Assembly: GCA_951406725.2 (NCBI GenBank)
Contig: OX597836.1
Coordinates: forward strand, 15,252,001 to 15,316,000
Source: Octopus vulgaris
Taxonomy: Eukaryota
DNA length: 64,000 bases
Direction: 5' to 3'
Part shown: in pieces, positions 1 through 11,910 of the stretch
Layout of the letters: the number at the start of each line of letters is the position of its first letter
Position numbering within the stretch: position 1 is the stretch's first letter
The notes under the pieces: model-generated
Seen by the model: only the letters and a program-made list of their open reading frames with translations
Databases searched by the model: none
Told to the model about the DNA's origin: nothing
Position numbers and translations under genes: made by a program

Positions 1-112
1 ACAAACACACACCACACACACACACCACACACACACACACGTCCATTTTATATATCAACTTTCAATTTCTTCTCTCCGCAAATAAAATTTTTACGGATAC
101 AACAGCTTTTAA

Positions 113-331
113 CCCTTTAGTATTTAAACCGGCCATATCCGGCCAAAATAGCTAATCCGTTTTATGTTCAAACTGACAAGATCCAGGCTCTCACACCTAC
201 CCTACAATGTTATTCTACATTAAGTAATTATACCATCAAGATCTTGAAGATATGAGATAATGCATGATTAATTCAAATCAATGGGAATCGATAAGCATTA
301 TGTTTGATTGAATAATCTGAACATTAAAGGG
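113..331 (+). mobile_element. piggyBac-type MITE, family F
   Basis: TTAA on both sides, CCCTTTAG...TAAAGGG termini; near-identical copies at 25463 and 52371. Confidence 0.85.
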
Positions 332-665
332 TTAAAAATAGGGATTAATGTATAATTTCTTTCTATGTTCATAACTAAATCAATGTTTTAATGATTAGAC
401 AGAGGTCCACAAGAATAGCTCTCAGAAACAGACTAAGTACATACATACAAATTCGTTCTTCACAACTCCTGAAGCTGTTTTCCAACAATTGTAGGGAGTC
501 AGGAAATTTTCATACAGCTGAAGGCTCCAATTGAAAAGGGGACCCAAAATGATAAGGTTGAGAAACGCTGTTATAGATTATGCCTAACCGAAAACGATCA
601 CAACCACATCATCCAAACAGACCTGATGAAAGCGGGCTTAGCTGCAAATATACATATATATATAT

Positions 666-893
666 ATTTCTTTACTACCCACAAGGGGCTAAACACAGAG
701 GGGACAAACAAGGACAGACAAAGAGATTAAGTCGATTACATCGACCCCAGTGCGTAACTGGTACTTAATATATCGACCCCGAAAGGGATGAAAGGCAAAG
801 TCGACCTCGGCGGAACTTGAACTCGGAACGTAAGGACAGATGAAATACGGCTACGCATTTCACCCAGCGTGCTAACGTTTCTGCCAGCTCGCC
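666..893 (-). mobile_element. tRNA-derived SINE, family B
   Basis: Reverse complement starts GGCGAGCTGGCAGAAACGTTAGC, has B-box-like GAGTTCAAGTTCC and central GCCTTTCATCC..GGGTCGAT..AAGTACCAG; multicopy in window. Confidence 0.85.
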
Positions 894-1073
894 AGCTGTG
901 TGTATATCTTTGTGTCTGTGTTTGTATCTCTCACCACTGCTTGACAACCAGTGTTGGTGTGTTTACATCCTCATAACCTAATAGTTTGGCAAAAGAGACT
1001 GACAGAAGTGCCGGGCTTAAAAATAAAATGAAGCAAACTTCGTATCACACAGCGACACTGATTAAAAACATAA

Positions 1074-1330
1074 AAAGCACCATTTGAGCATGGCCGTTGC
1101 CAGTACCGCCTGACTGGCCCTCATGCCGGTGGCACGCAAAAAGCACCCACTACACTCTCGGAGTGGTTGGCGTTAGGAAGGGCATCCGGCTGTAGAAACT
1201 CTGCCAGATCAAGATTGGAGTCTGGTGCAGCCATCTGGTTCGCCAGACCTCAATCAAATCGTCCAACCCATGCTAGCATGGAAAGCAGATGTTAAACGAC
1301 GACGATGATGATGATGATGATGATGATGAT
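1074..1330 (+). mobile_element. (GAT)n-tailed retroposon, family C (5'-truncated)
   Basis: GGTTGGCGTTAGGAAGGGCATCC core, CCAACCCATGCTAGCATGGAAA end, (GAT)n tail; multicopy. Confidence 0.8.
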
Positions 1331-2092
1331 TAATATAATTGTAGGGCTCTTGCCTAAAGAATGGCTAAACAGAATACTGGAATTTTTTTACATCCAACTC
1401 ATGTACACTGTTATTTGGCTCTGTTTATGGTAAAAGTTGGCTTTAATCTGGCTCCATATGGTCAATATTATGGTTAATGAAACCATATATGTTACAGCTA
1501 TTTATGATGTGTTCCTTAGGCCTTCCTGGGCTGAGTGAGAGAAATAGTGCTTTTAGAACCCATTCCTACATTTTACAGATAGCTCTTTGCTGTTCTAGTT
1601 TTAATAAAACTAAACCCCTTTGGATAGTGGCCAAGGAAATTAGTTGATACAATCAGAGCAAAGATATCGGCAATGTTGAATTTGGTGAAGAGAGATTAGA
1701 AGATGGATCAGGCGATAACCTAAAATGACTAAAATATACTAAAGATTATGTGTATGTGTAAAATGTAACATACTATTTTGAAAATGGTAATAACATTTAC
1801 TTTTATCACTTCATTAATGGACCTCTTATCTTGTGAAGCCCTAGAAATTTTTTCATGGCACCTTGGAGCCTACTTCTGTTCTAAGATACCATATACGTCT
1901 GAGTATTTGAAGGTAGTTTTTCATGTAATGGCAAGGACTGTAGGGGTCATAGCTTGTTGTGGCATAAAACTGAAAGGATGAAAGGCAAGTTAAGTACCAG
2001 TTATGCACTGGAGTCGATGTCATTGACTTAATCCATTTGTCTGTCCTTCTTTGTCCCCTCTGTGTTTTGCCCCCTGTAGGTAGTAAAGAAAT

Positions 2093-2240
2093 TAATTAGT
2101 TAGTTAGTTAATTTTTTGGCTCAAAAAGCAAAAAGCAAGGCCATGTAAGGAGACATAGAGTTATGTACAGGGTGGTGTTCATGTAAAGAGTTCAGGCCAC
2201 TTGTGGTCAAGGGGGACTTTGAACCGAGCGGTCGTCGGCA
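2093..2240 (-). mobile_element. Non-LTR retroelement 3' end with (TAAC)n tail, family I
   Basis: Reverse-complement match to 11261-11400, both ending in TAAC/TTAAC tandem tails. Confidence 0.7.
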
Positions 2241-2521
2241 TCTTCACTATCTTCACTAAATAGGTTGTATTCGATGTTCTCTTGTGTTGTTAATAAAAAG
2301 GGAGACTACAGATTTGGTAGATGTTCAAGTCTGTTGTTGTGGAGTCAAGTCTTTTAGGTGAATGCATTTAGTTTTGAAGCAGCTGTGTGCGTCACTTAAA
2401 ACTGGATCCGGCAGTGGGTTCCTGGTATGGAAGTTCCATTATCATCATCGCATTGAGTACTGCATTGGAAATACTCCAATTTTCTACTCTTTCAGGATCA
2501 TTGTGCATATGTACGTACTAT

Positions 2522-2973
2522 GGTCCTGCACCTGTACCACTGGAGCGCTAACAGCTCCATCCAAGTGGGATCACTGCCAGAGCAGCTGTCTGGCACGTAA
2601 AGAGCACCATTTGAGCGTGATCGTTGTCAGCGTCGCCTCACTGGCACTTGTGCTGGTGGCACGTGAACAAAACATTCGAGCGAGGTCATTGCCAGTGCTG
2701 CTGGACTGACTCCTGTGCAGGTGGCATGTAAAAAACACCACTTTCGAGCATGGTCGTTGCCAGTACCGCCAGACTGGCCCTCGTGCCGGTGGCACGTTAA
2801 AAGCACCCACTACACTCTCGGAGTGGTTGGCATTAGGAAGGGCATCCAGCTGTAGAAACTCTGCCAGACCAGATTGGAGCCTGGCGCAGCCATCTGGTTC
2901 GCCAGTCCTCAGTCAAATCATCCAACCCATGCTAGCATGGAAAGCGGACGTTAAACGATGATGATGATGATGA
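2522..2973 (+). mobile_element. Family C retroposon, longest copy, with internal ~66-bp tandem modules
   Basis: TGGCACGT motif recurs at 2591, 2657, 2722, 2790, followed by family C core and (GAT)n tail. Confidence 0.8.
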
Positions 2974-3349
2974 TATGCACGATGGGCTTCTTTCAGTTTC
3001 GATCTACCAAATCCACTCACGTGACTTTGGTTGACCTAGGGCTATAGTAGAAGACATTTGCCCAAGCTGTCAAGCAGTGGGATCAAATCTGAGACCATAT
3101 ATGGTTGGGAGGCAAGCTTCTCGTTCACACAGCCACACTTGTGCCTGCGGAAAAAAAATTTTAAACAAAGTCACACTGTATTTGTCAAATGGGAAAATCC
3201 TTGGGGAGAAAAAATACCAATAAAACTGGTGCAATACGAAGGAAGTTCTGGCAAATATTTGTTCCGGATCAAGTTGGATATTTCTGTATCCCTGATTTCG
3301 ATTTCTTTTTTATTTTACAGTTTTCTTATGTTAATATTCTTTCTTTTTT

Positions 3350-3752
3350 TTATTCTTTTACTTGTTTCAGTCATTTGACTGCGGCCATGCTGGAGCACCG
3401 CCTTTTAGTCGAGCAAATCGATCCCGTGACTTATTCTTTGTAAGCCCAGTACTTATTCTATCGGTCTCTTTTGCCGAACCGCTAAGTGACGTGGACGTAA
3501 ACACACCAGCATCGGTTGTCAAGCAATGCTAGGGGGACAAACACAGACATACACACACACACACACACATATGTATATATACATATATACGACAGGCTTC
3601 TTTCAGTTTCCGTCTACCAAATCCACTCATAAGGCATTGGTCGGGTCGGGGCTATAGCAGAAGACACTTGCCCAAGATGCCACGCAGTGGGACTGAACCC
3701 GGAACCGTGTGGTTGGTTAGCAAGCTACTTACCACACAGCCACTCCTGCGTC
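3350..3752 (-). mobile_element. tRNA-derived SINE, family A, full length
   Basis: Reverse complement: A-box-like TGGCTGTGTGGTAAG, B-box-like GGTTCAGTCCC, CORE-like CTTGGGCAAGTG, internal (CA)/(TA) tract, tail GACTGAAACAAGTAAAAG. Confidence 0.9.
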
Positions 3753-4246
3753 TATATCTTGCCAATATTTTCAGATCACAAAAAGTTTTCAGCATTTTTC
3801 TCACTTTCATCTAAATTCTTCCTAATTTCCTCCAATCAAGATTTCCACAAAAGATTTTCTTTTTCTTTCATTAACTCCCTTCCATTTTTTTTTTTTTTTT
3901 TTACATTTCCCTTCGTATTTTCTGGAAGTCTTTCTTTTCTTTAATCTTCGGATTGCTTCTCGTGTGTGTGTGTACACACACACTTTTATAAATATATGCA
4001 CACACACACACACAAACAATCTATATATATGTAGTTATCATCTGCCATATCCTCTCATCTCTCTTCACCAAAATACGACGTCTTTGCTCCAATATCCCTG
4101 CTCCCATGATATTAACCAAAAACCTGGCCTCTATCCAACGGGCTCCAGTTGATGTATCCCTTTTTATGTAGACATCTTTAGAACTGGGATGAAATGTGTG
4201 TATCTGTGAGTGTATGAATGTGCCTGTGTGTGTATATATGTGTGTG

Positions 4247-4249
<3 letters not shown>

Positions 4250-4342
<93 letters not shown>
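4250..4342. repeat. (TA)n microsatellite
   Basis: About 90 bp pure TA. Confidence 0.95.
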
Positions 4343-4345
<3 letters not shown>

Positions 4346-4489
4346 AGTGTGTGTGTGTCTATGTCTGTTACTGTGTGTGCGGTGTGCGCTCGAATTAATG
4401 GGGGGGGGACTAACTGGCTTTGTTCTGTCTTGGACAGAATCCAGATTTCTAACAGCTGTTTCATATTTGTCCCGAACGAATGATACCTG

Positions 4490-4491
<2 letters not shown>

Positions 4492-4562
<71 letters not shown>
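4492..4562. repeat. (CA)n microsatellite
   Basis: About 70 bp pure CA. Confidence 0.95.
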
Positions 4563-4564
<2 letters not shown>

Positions 4565-5449
4565 AAAAGGGGCTTCCCAAGATTCCCTGTAATTAATAGA
4601 GCAACGTACTTTTTAGGTGGCCGTGTTGAAAGGATGTCAAGCTATCAACCGAAAGATTGGTGGTTCGTATCTTACCACTAGCGCTGTGAAATGTCTTTGT
4701 ACAAAACAACACAAATTATTACTTTAGTTAGAGGCACGGCTGTGTGGTTAAGAAGCTCACGTAGCAACCACATCGTTTCAGGTTCAGTCCCACTGTGCAG
4801 TACTACCTTGGGCAAGTGTCTTCTACTATAAGCTCCGACCGACCAATGCCTTGTGAGTGAATTTGGTAGAAAGAAACTGTAAATTTATGTGTGTATGTGT
4901 GTAAAACACACACACATACAGGAAATGATTCACAGTTAATATGAAGGCCTACTAATTTGCATTTTGTTTGTTATTTACTTGACAGCTTTTACCAAATTAC
5001 CAATTACACCAACACGTAGTAACATACCACAGTGTTGGAATACCGAAGTATATTTCTAATGTTACTTTGTTGTTGAGAGAAGCTCAAGGAACTTAAGCTC
5101 CAAATTCTCAGCTGCAAAGCGCAGTTAATGACTGTAAAATTGCTTAACGTGGCTGTAAATATGGTTTTATTAACTTTTTAGCTGTTTTCTTCTGCCTACC
5201 TAACACAATCAGTTAACTTTTTCAAGCAATGAGATGTCTGGGTGTAGTTTGAAGGAAATTAGGCTGCTATTTCGGCGACCTTTCGTTTTATGTATATGGA
5301 AAGTCAGATAAGGCGAAAGGAGAACAACTGTCATGGTTAGGTGCCTACGTAACAGGCCGATATACCTGCAAGGAATAGCAGCGATCTTTTGCTTTATGAG
5401 TATATAACGACAGGCAACGAACTAGAAGAAACCAACAAAAGAACCGGCG

Positions 5450-5848
5450 ATCTTTCGTCTCTAGTAGACCTTTCCGTCGATTTCCGTAAAAAAATTTTTT
5501 TTTTACATATGGGCTTGCGGGAACTTTTGAAGTAATATACATACATATACACATACACCGAGTAGAAAATTTCAGTTATCTCTTTCTTTCACACACACTA
5601 ACAGAAGCACTTCACTTACACAACATACTGTCTGTCTCCCACACCCCATCAAACACACACACACACACGCACGCATGTCCATCAATGCTCCCATGCACGG
5701 TAACTTCAAAAGAACTTCCCTCGTTATACAGTCGCTTTCTCTTAGTCTCTTTCGCTCTCATTACTTCAAAAGTTCCCGCAAGCCCATATGTAAAGAAAAT
5801 AAATTTTTTTACGGAAATCGACGGAAAGGTCTACTAGAGACGAAAGAT
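5450..5848. repeat. Inverted repeat, ~88-bp arms (5450-5537 / 5760-5848)
   Basis: ATCTTTCGTCTCTAGTAGACCTTTCCGTCG...GAAGTAAT and its reverse complement; ORF track shows the same peptide KFFYGNRRKGLLETKD on both strands. Confidence 0.85.
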
Positions 5849-6448
5849 TGCCCAAGAACCCTTTCATGATAAACCACAGTCTTTATTTTGTAGACATCAT
5901 TTTACATTACGTAAGGACTAAAATGTCCAAGGAACATAGCGTGTCATCAAAAGTAAATATGGCGTCATGCCATAGAACTCGAGACGATCTCTTTATAACT
6001 TACATAAATTTATCTGGTGTCATTTTCCCTAAACCTAAGGACGATCTTTTTATGAAATGAAGATCTGGTTTACCATGTCATAATTTGACAGTCGTTTTCC
6101 TTCAACTTTATTTGACATTTCATATACATAGAAGGAAAGGTTGCCCAAATAATTTCCCTCAAATTACACCCAAATATCTTTAAAAAACGAATTTTGAAGT
6201 TCCAGATAAACTTTAACTGGACTTAAAAAGCTAGAACAGTTTTGGTCGTAAGTTTACTCCATCGACTCCTTCAAATATGCTTTCTACAACTTTCTGGAGT
6301 CAATCAAAACCCTGCGAATGAAATTTGGTAGACGAAAGCTATGTGGAAGTTTGTTGAAGCGGCCTAGGCTTCGTTTGAGTTTCTTCCAACCACATGAAAA
6401 ATTTCAGACTTTTACCTGATTGTTTCCAAATTTTTTATATTGATGTAC

Positions 6449-6775
6449 GGTACTATTTAAGAAGAGTGGTCCCGGTGCGCGCACTCGCGCATCCGCGCTA
6501 GCTAGTCGTGACTAGTCGATCCTTACTTTGTGTTTTTGTTTTATTTACTTTGTTTTAAAAAATTATTGGATCTTCTCGGTTTGAACGGCAGTTTAAAAAT
6601 TTTTTAGTTACCTAGAAATTATGTTACAAACTGCCGTTCAAACCGAAAAGATCCAAATTATTTACTTTGTGTTTTATTTACTTTGCTAGGTAGTCGTTGT
6701 AGGATCGACTAGTCACGACTAGCTAGCGCGGATGAGCGAGTGCGCGCACAGGGACCACTCTTCTTAAATAGTACC
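6449..6775. mobile_element. MITE with ~76-bp TIRs and 9-bp TSD (Merlin- or MULE-like)
   Basis: TIR GGTACTATTTAAGAAGAGTGGTCCC...; TSD TTGATGTAC at 6440-6448 and 6776-6784. Confidence 0.9.
6568..6654. mobile_element. Nested 87-bp MITE with 8-bp TSD
   Basis: TIR GGATCTTCTCGGTTTGAACGGCAGTTT / AAACTGCCGTTCAAACCGAAAAGATCC; TSD AAATTATT both sides. Confidence 0.85.
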
Positions 6776-6932
6776 TTGATGTACTTTTATATACTGAAGC
6801 CGAAAATCGCATTCATTTTTTTTTTCAAGAAAATAATAAAGAAGTTACAAGCATTTAAAATTATATGATTAATCCATGAACCCTGCTAGATACTTCAGAG
6901 CGCGCACTCGCACAGAAATACATACATACATA

Positions 6933-7059
6933 TTAGGTTGTCCCAAAAGTTCGTAAACACTTGCGAAAATTGAATTTTTACTCGCCAAGTACTAACAAAA
7001 ACCTCAAAATAAAGACCATTATTTTCCAAGACTTTCTACGAACTTTTGGGACAACCTTA
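6933..7059. mobile_element. Tc1/mariner-type MITE
   Basis: TA-flanked TIR TTAGGTTGTCCCAAAAGTTCGTA / TACGAACTTTTGGGACAACCTTA. Confidence 0.8.
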
Positions 7060-7743
7060 TATTTTGCACCTATGAAGCTAAGCACTTTAGGTGCGAAACC
7101 AATGGTCACTCTCTGACTGGACATTGCAACTTCCTAAAAAGAAATGTAGAGACAGACAGACAGACAGATGCTGATATTTGATATCTTCAGTAAAACAGAA
7201 CTTCCACACCTACCACTTTACCACATTGAAATAGGTTGACAACTCCGGACTCATTTGATTAATTATTTCTAATTACCTTATGCTTCTTACAACTGGCTGA
7301 TGTCACAGAGGCGGGGTGAGCGACCTGTCAGCTATAAGGTCACTGTTTTTTTTAATGACGTCAGTACTATGCTGTGTCTCTAGACTCTTGAATTCGTGTT
7401 ACCCTACACACCTTAACTTACGATATGGAGGCTCAACAAGGAACACTAAAATTTCAATTTGAGGGGAGGGGTAAGTCGATTACATCAACCATTTGCCGAG
7501 TTTGAACTCAGGACAAGAAGACGAAAGAAATTTCACTCAGCGTTTTGCTCTGTAGATTAACAATTCTGCCAACTCACAGCCATATATGTCATAATCATCA
7601 TTTTAAATCCTGTCCGGATCTTCCGAAAAGACCCTGACTAACAGCTAAATGTAATCACAGACGTTAGATACCGGTCGTTGGGGTTCCCTGTAACTTAACT
7701 GAGAGCTAATACGGTATCCACCCGGGTAATATATCCCTCCAAA

Positions 7744-7781
<38 letters not shown>

Positions 7782-7784
<3 letters not shown>

Positions 7785-8003
7785 TCTCTTTACTCTTTTA
7801 CTTGTTTCAGTCATTTGACTGTGGTCATGCTGGAGCACCGCCTTCTAGTCGAGTAAATCGACCCCAGGACTTATTCTTTGTAAGCCTAGTACTTATTCTA
7901 TCAGTCTTTTTTGCTGAACCGCTAAGTTACGGGACGTAAACACACCACCATCGGTTGTCAAGCAATGGTGGGGGGGGGGACAAATACAGACACACAAACA
8001 TAT

Positions 8004-8046
<43 letters not shown>

Positions 8047-8212
8047 TACGACAGGCTTCTTTTAGTTTCCGTCTACCAGATCCACTCACAAGGCTTTGGT
8101 CGGCCCGAGGCTATAGAAGAAGACACTCGCCCAAGGTACCACGCAGTGGGAATGAACCCGGAACCATGTGGTTGGTAAGCAAGATACTTACCACACAGCC
8201 ACTCCTGCGCCT
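7782..8212 (-). mobile_element. SINE family A, full length
   Basis: High identity to 3350-3752. Confidence 0.9.
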
Positions 8213-8614
8213 AATACAAAAATAAAAGCTATGATGTATTTTGAGATACGTATGCAAAACATATGATGTAATTCCAAACACAAAGAATATATATATATAT
8301 ATATGTCTATATATATGTGTGTATATATATATATACATACATTCTTTGTGTTTGGAATTATATTTTGACCGTTAACAAATTGAAACCAAGACTGCTGTAT
8401 TTCAACTTTGCAGAAAGTAAAATAACAGACCCCTTCAAATATAAACAAAATGTATTTATGTGTTTCCAATGCGATTGAATTATGTTTATATTCCAGAAAA
8501 AAATTCACTGCAGCTGCAGATCCACTAATGTTAACCAGTTGCTGATCAGTGAAGAAAGAAATCTTTAAAAAATTTAATATTTTTTTTTTTTTTACAGGCT
8601 CTGATGTTCGAAAC

Positions 8615-8636
8615 GTATGTATGTATGTATGTATGT

Positions 8637-8693
<57 letters not shown>

Positions 8694-8898
8694 TGCATGC
8701 ATGCATGCATGTATGTATGTATGTATGTATGTATGTATGTATGTATGTATGTATGTATGTATGTATGCATGTACGTATGTATGTATGCATGTACGTATGT
8801 ATGTATGCATGTACGTATGTATGCATGTACGTATGTATGTATGCATGTACGTATGTATGTATGTATGTATGTATGCATGCATGTATGTATGTATGTAT
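8615..8898. repeat. Compound (ATGT)n/(GT)n/(GCGT)n microsatellite
   Basis: Direct reading. Confidence 0.95.
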
Positions 8899-8902
8899 TT
8901 AC

Positions 8903-9263
8903 GTACGAGGGTTAGTCAAAAGTTATAAGCTCTCTTCTATCTTTAATTTATTAAAACAAAAGCAGGGTTTCAACGATTACATCATTTTTCGACATAGTCT
9001 CCTTGCTTTGCGATGCATTCCTTCCCGCAATCCACAAGCCTGCTTAGTCCATCGGAGAGTTTTTGGCTGGTTGCATAACTATTTATGCACCGCTTCCTGC
9101 TCTTCATCTGAGCGGTCCAAAGAGGTGACAGTCGGAAGGAGCGAGATCTGGACTGTAAGCAGGGTGTTCCAGTGAGCTGAAGTCCAATTTTCCAATGGTT
9201 TCAACGACGTGGGCAGCCGCATGCGGGTGCGCATTATCGTGCAACAATAACTCTTCCTTTGAC
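8903..9263 (-). pseudogene. Decayed mariner transposase C-terminus plus right TIR
   Basis: Minus-strand translation LLLHDNAHPH...HPAYSPDLAPSDCHLFGPL...CIAKQGDYVEK*; TA-CGAGGG terminus at 8903; internal deletion and stop codon. Confidence 0.85.
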
Positions 9264-9686
9264 AATCTATCTATCTATCTATCCGCTCAGTCGAAGTCGA
9301 CTCTCGGTTACTCGATGGATCAGTGTCCTCCAGTCAGTTCTATCCTGGGCCGCTTCTTTCAGATTGGACATGTTCATTCCGGTATCACTCTTGATGGTGC
9401 CAAGCCAACGGGTTCTTGATCGGCCTCTTCCTCTCTTGCCACTGTCCATTCCGAGCATGATGTCCTTCTCCAGGGATTTTCTCCGCATAATATGACCAAA
9501 ATATGCCAATCTATGCTTGGTGATCCTAGCTTCTAGCGACATTTTCGGCCTGATCTGCTTAAGAACTTCTCCATTGGTGAACCTCGCTGTCCATGGAATC
9601 CGTAAAAGTATTCTCCAACACCAAAACTCGAATGCATTAATTCTCTTCTGGTCAGCTTTCTTTAGTGTCCAGGTCTCGCATCCATT
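9264..9686 (-). mobile_element. RTE-clade LINE 3' end (5'-truncated), abutting the mariner relic
   Basis: GCETWTLKKADQKRINAFEFWCWR...YFGHIMRRKSLEKDIMLG..GKRGRGRSRTRW...WRTLIHRVTESRLRLSG*; (TAGA)n tail. Confidence 0.9.
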
Positions 9687-9894
9687 GTTGGATTCAGTTT
9701 GTTGGCCAGCATTTCACTGGTGTCTGTCAACCCCTTTTCAGGTAATGTTCCAGTATAGGCCCCTTTACATCTCCCAAACAATTAGTATTACCTATGGTGG
9801 CGTTGCTGTTTCCAAAGTTTATTTTCGTTTCTCTATTAGTAATTTTACTCGCGTATCTATCTTAAAATGAGCCGCTTGGCGGAGGTCTGCGGGG

Positions 9895-10378
9895 GATGAC
9901 ATGACAAGCCTTGACTATTGGGATCAACTCAAAAAGCTCAGGCTTTGCTTCCTCCACCGCCGCTGTGGGCTCTATGTCATCTGTATGATGTGGGAAATAT
10001 TCCATCAACATTGCCCATCTTTAAAATTCGTCCGAGGCTTTGCCCCTTGCCATCCGCCACTACAGAAATGTTCATGTCGTATCAAAACACTATGACAGAA
10101 CTATTTCACCTCAATTGACCCTGCTCTCTTCAACATCGTGCCAGACACACATAAAGGAGAAAAGTGACTTCACGGCATTCAAACGATCCCTAGATGATTA
10201 CTCCCAACAAATACCAGATAAACCACCCACACCCTGATATATCTCTGAAAACAATAACCCTCTGCTTGAATGGGCTACGGTTCCCCAGAGCTGACTGTGT
10301 ATCTCTTCCAGGTGGTGCTATTAAATTAGACATGGCCTGAGTCAACTTCGGCCGAAATTTATCTAAGTAATCTAATCT
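9895..10378 (+). mobile_element. CR1/L2-group LINE 3' end, decayed
   Basis: Frameshifted LDYWDQLKKLRL...FKRSLDDYSQQIPDKPPTP; short TCTAA tandem tail. Confidence 0.7.
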
Positions 10379-10799
10379 ATGCTGTAACCTTTTAATTAAA
10401 GCATGACAACTTGGGTAGAGGCTGATATCTTAACATTTCTGATGGTCTTAAGTACATGAAAAAAAATTAATCAAAGATTTATATAGAACTACATTCAGAG
10501 TATGTCTATAAGCTATTGTGTTTAGACCTGGTTTCTATCCTCAAACTGTTCCGTTTTTTTTTTTTTTTTTTAATAAAGCACTCCGAATGCAACAATCTTG
10601 GTCCCATGAGTATCGGATAATGGATTTTCAACTATGTAAAGAAACTGATTGTGGTGATCGTAGTTTTGACAGGGATTGTGGTGAAAGCAGAGACAGTGTT
10701 GATGATGACGATGGTCGAGATAAGTATGGGAGGAGATTATGTTTTTGCCGGCGTTGGTTTGTGAAATTGGGCGATTTTCAGCATGTATGTATATGGGTG

Positions 10800-10848
10800 G
10801 AAATGAGCTGCTTGGCGGAGGTCTGCGCTCTCCGAGTGCTTTTCTAGT
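10800..10848 (+). mobile_element. 3' end of Helentron/HINE-like element
   Basis: CTTGGCGGAGGTCTGCGCTCTCCGAGTGCTTTTCTAGT (subterminal motif, hairpin, CTAG); partial second copy at 9868-9891; family assignment from recall. Confidence 0.5.
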
Positions 10849-11260
10849 CTTCTTATACGAAGTTGCGAGACTTAATTTCTCGGTGTACTAAACTTTTTCA
10901 TCAGAATTTTCCTGCATGTACTTTGACAATGCATTGCACTACTAGTTTCACTTTCAGTATGCGTGCGTTGTATACTTATCATGTGTATACATAACATACC
11001 GTTTTTCGCATCGTTGGATTCAATTTCTGTGGACTTCCTGAAAACTTGCATGACTTGAACTAAAGAGTTGTGAACGGTATTTGATGAAACTTGCAGGAAA
11101 AGTTGGTAATGACACAAGAAACAGATGATGAAATTTTGGTAGTGATCCGGAAATTTTTATGGATTCGTCAAGGATTTTTCATTTGTTATATTTACTTTAT
11201 ATGATTGGGAGAAGTACATAGACTGGAACTTTTCCTTGGCTTGCGCCTAGTTTGGCATTT

Positions 11261-11400
11261 GACGACCGCTCGGTTCAAAGTCTCTCTTGACCAGAAATGG
11301 CCTGAGCTCTTTGCATGAACACTCTCCCTGTACATAACTCCATGTCCCCCTACATGGCCTTGCTTTTTGAGCCAAAAAATTAACTTAACTTAACTTAACT
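11261..11400 (+). mobile_element. Family I retroelement 3' end
   Basis: Matches 2093-2240; (TTAAC)n tail. Confidence 0.7.
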
Positions 11401-11524
11401 ATTTCTGTTGCTTGCTTTTTCATGTATTTGTTCACTTTCCTTTATTTTTGCTTAGTTTTGTATATCACTTAATTTTTAATCTCTCAGGACATATTTTTCA
11501 CGTACATATATTTTTTTACGAATA

Positions 11525-11910
11525 TCTTTATATATAAAAGTCAAGTTGTGTGTCTGTCTCCTACGATTTAGATTCCTAACTACTCCCACATTTTGCGGTG
11601 CAGTTTAACCAAAACCGGGTATCTTATAGTCGTGATTCATATCGAGCCCTTCTGGGTATTAGCGCGCGTCTACGATGAGTCTACGATTTAACAAAAAATT
11701 ACCATCATTTTTTCCATTTCAATGCATTTTTTTCGCTATTATATAAGGGAAGTAACTCTCTAAAAATGTCTACGATGAGTCAACGATTTTTAAAAAAAAT
11801 TACCATAATTTTTTTTCCATTTTTAATGCATTTTTTTGCTATAACTCTCTAAAAATGCTTATATAGTAATTTCCCTTACAAACCCGAGCAACGCCGGGCG
11901 ATACTGCTAG
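11525..11910 (+). mobile_element. Non-autonomous Helitron, family E1
   Basis: A|TC start, subterminal hairpin CCCGAGCAACGCCGGG, CTAG|T end, no TSD; copy at 19237. Confidence 0.85.

Noticed and set aside
470-570. Short hAT-like MITE ending GGTTGAGAAACGCTG
   Set aside because: The left TIR is degenerate and there is no TSD, so it cannot be delimited
618-650. CTGATGAAAGCGGGCTT as a hammerhead (also CTGATGAG at 51332)
   Set aside because: No correctly placed GAAA, stem III or stem I
2591-2815. CRISPR-like repeat-spacer periodicity
   Set aside because: The 'spacers' are homologous to each other, there are no cas genes, and the context is a eukaryotic retroposon
7965-8225. Recurrent 'RQASFSFRLPNPLTRHWSARGYSRRHLPK' peptide as a gene family
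   Set aside because: It is the antisense translation of SINE A copies
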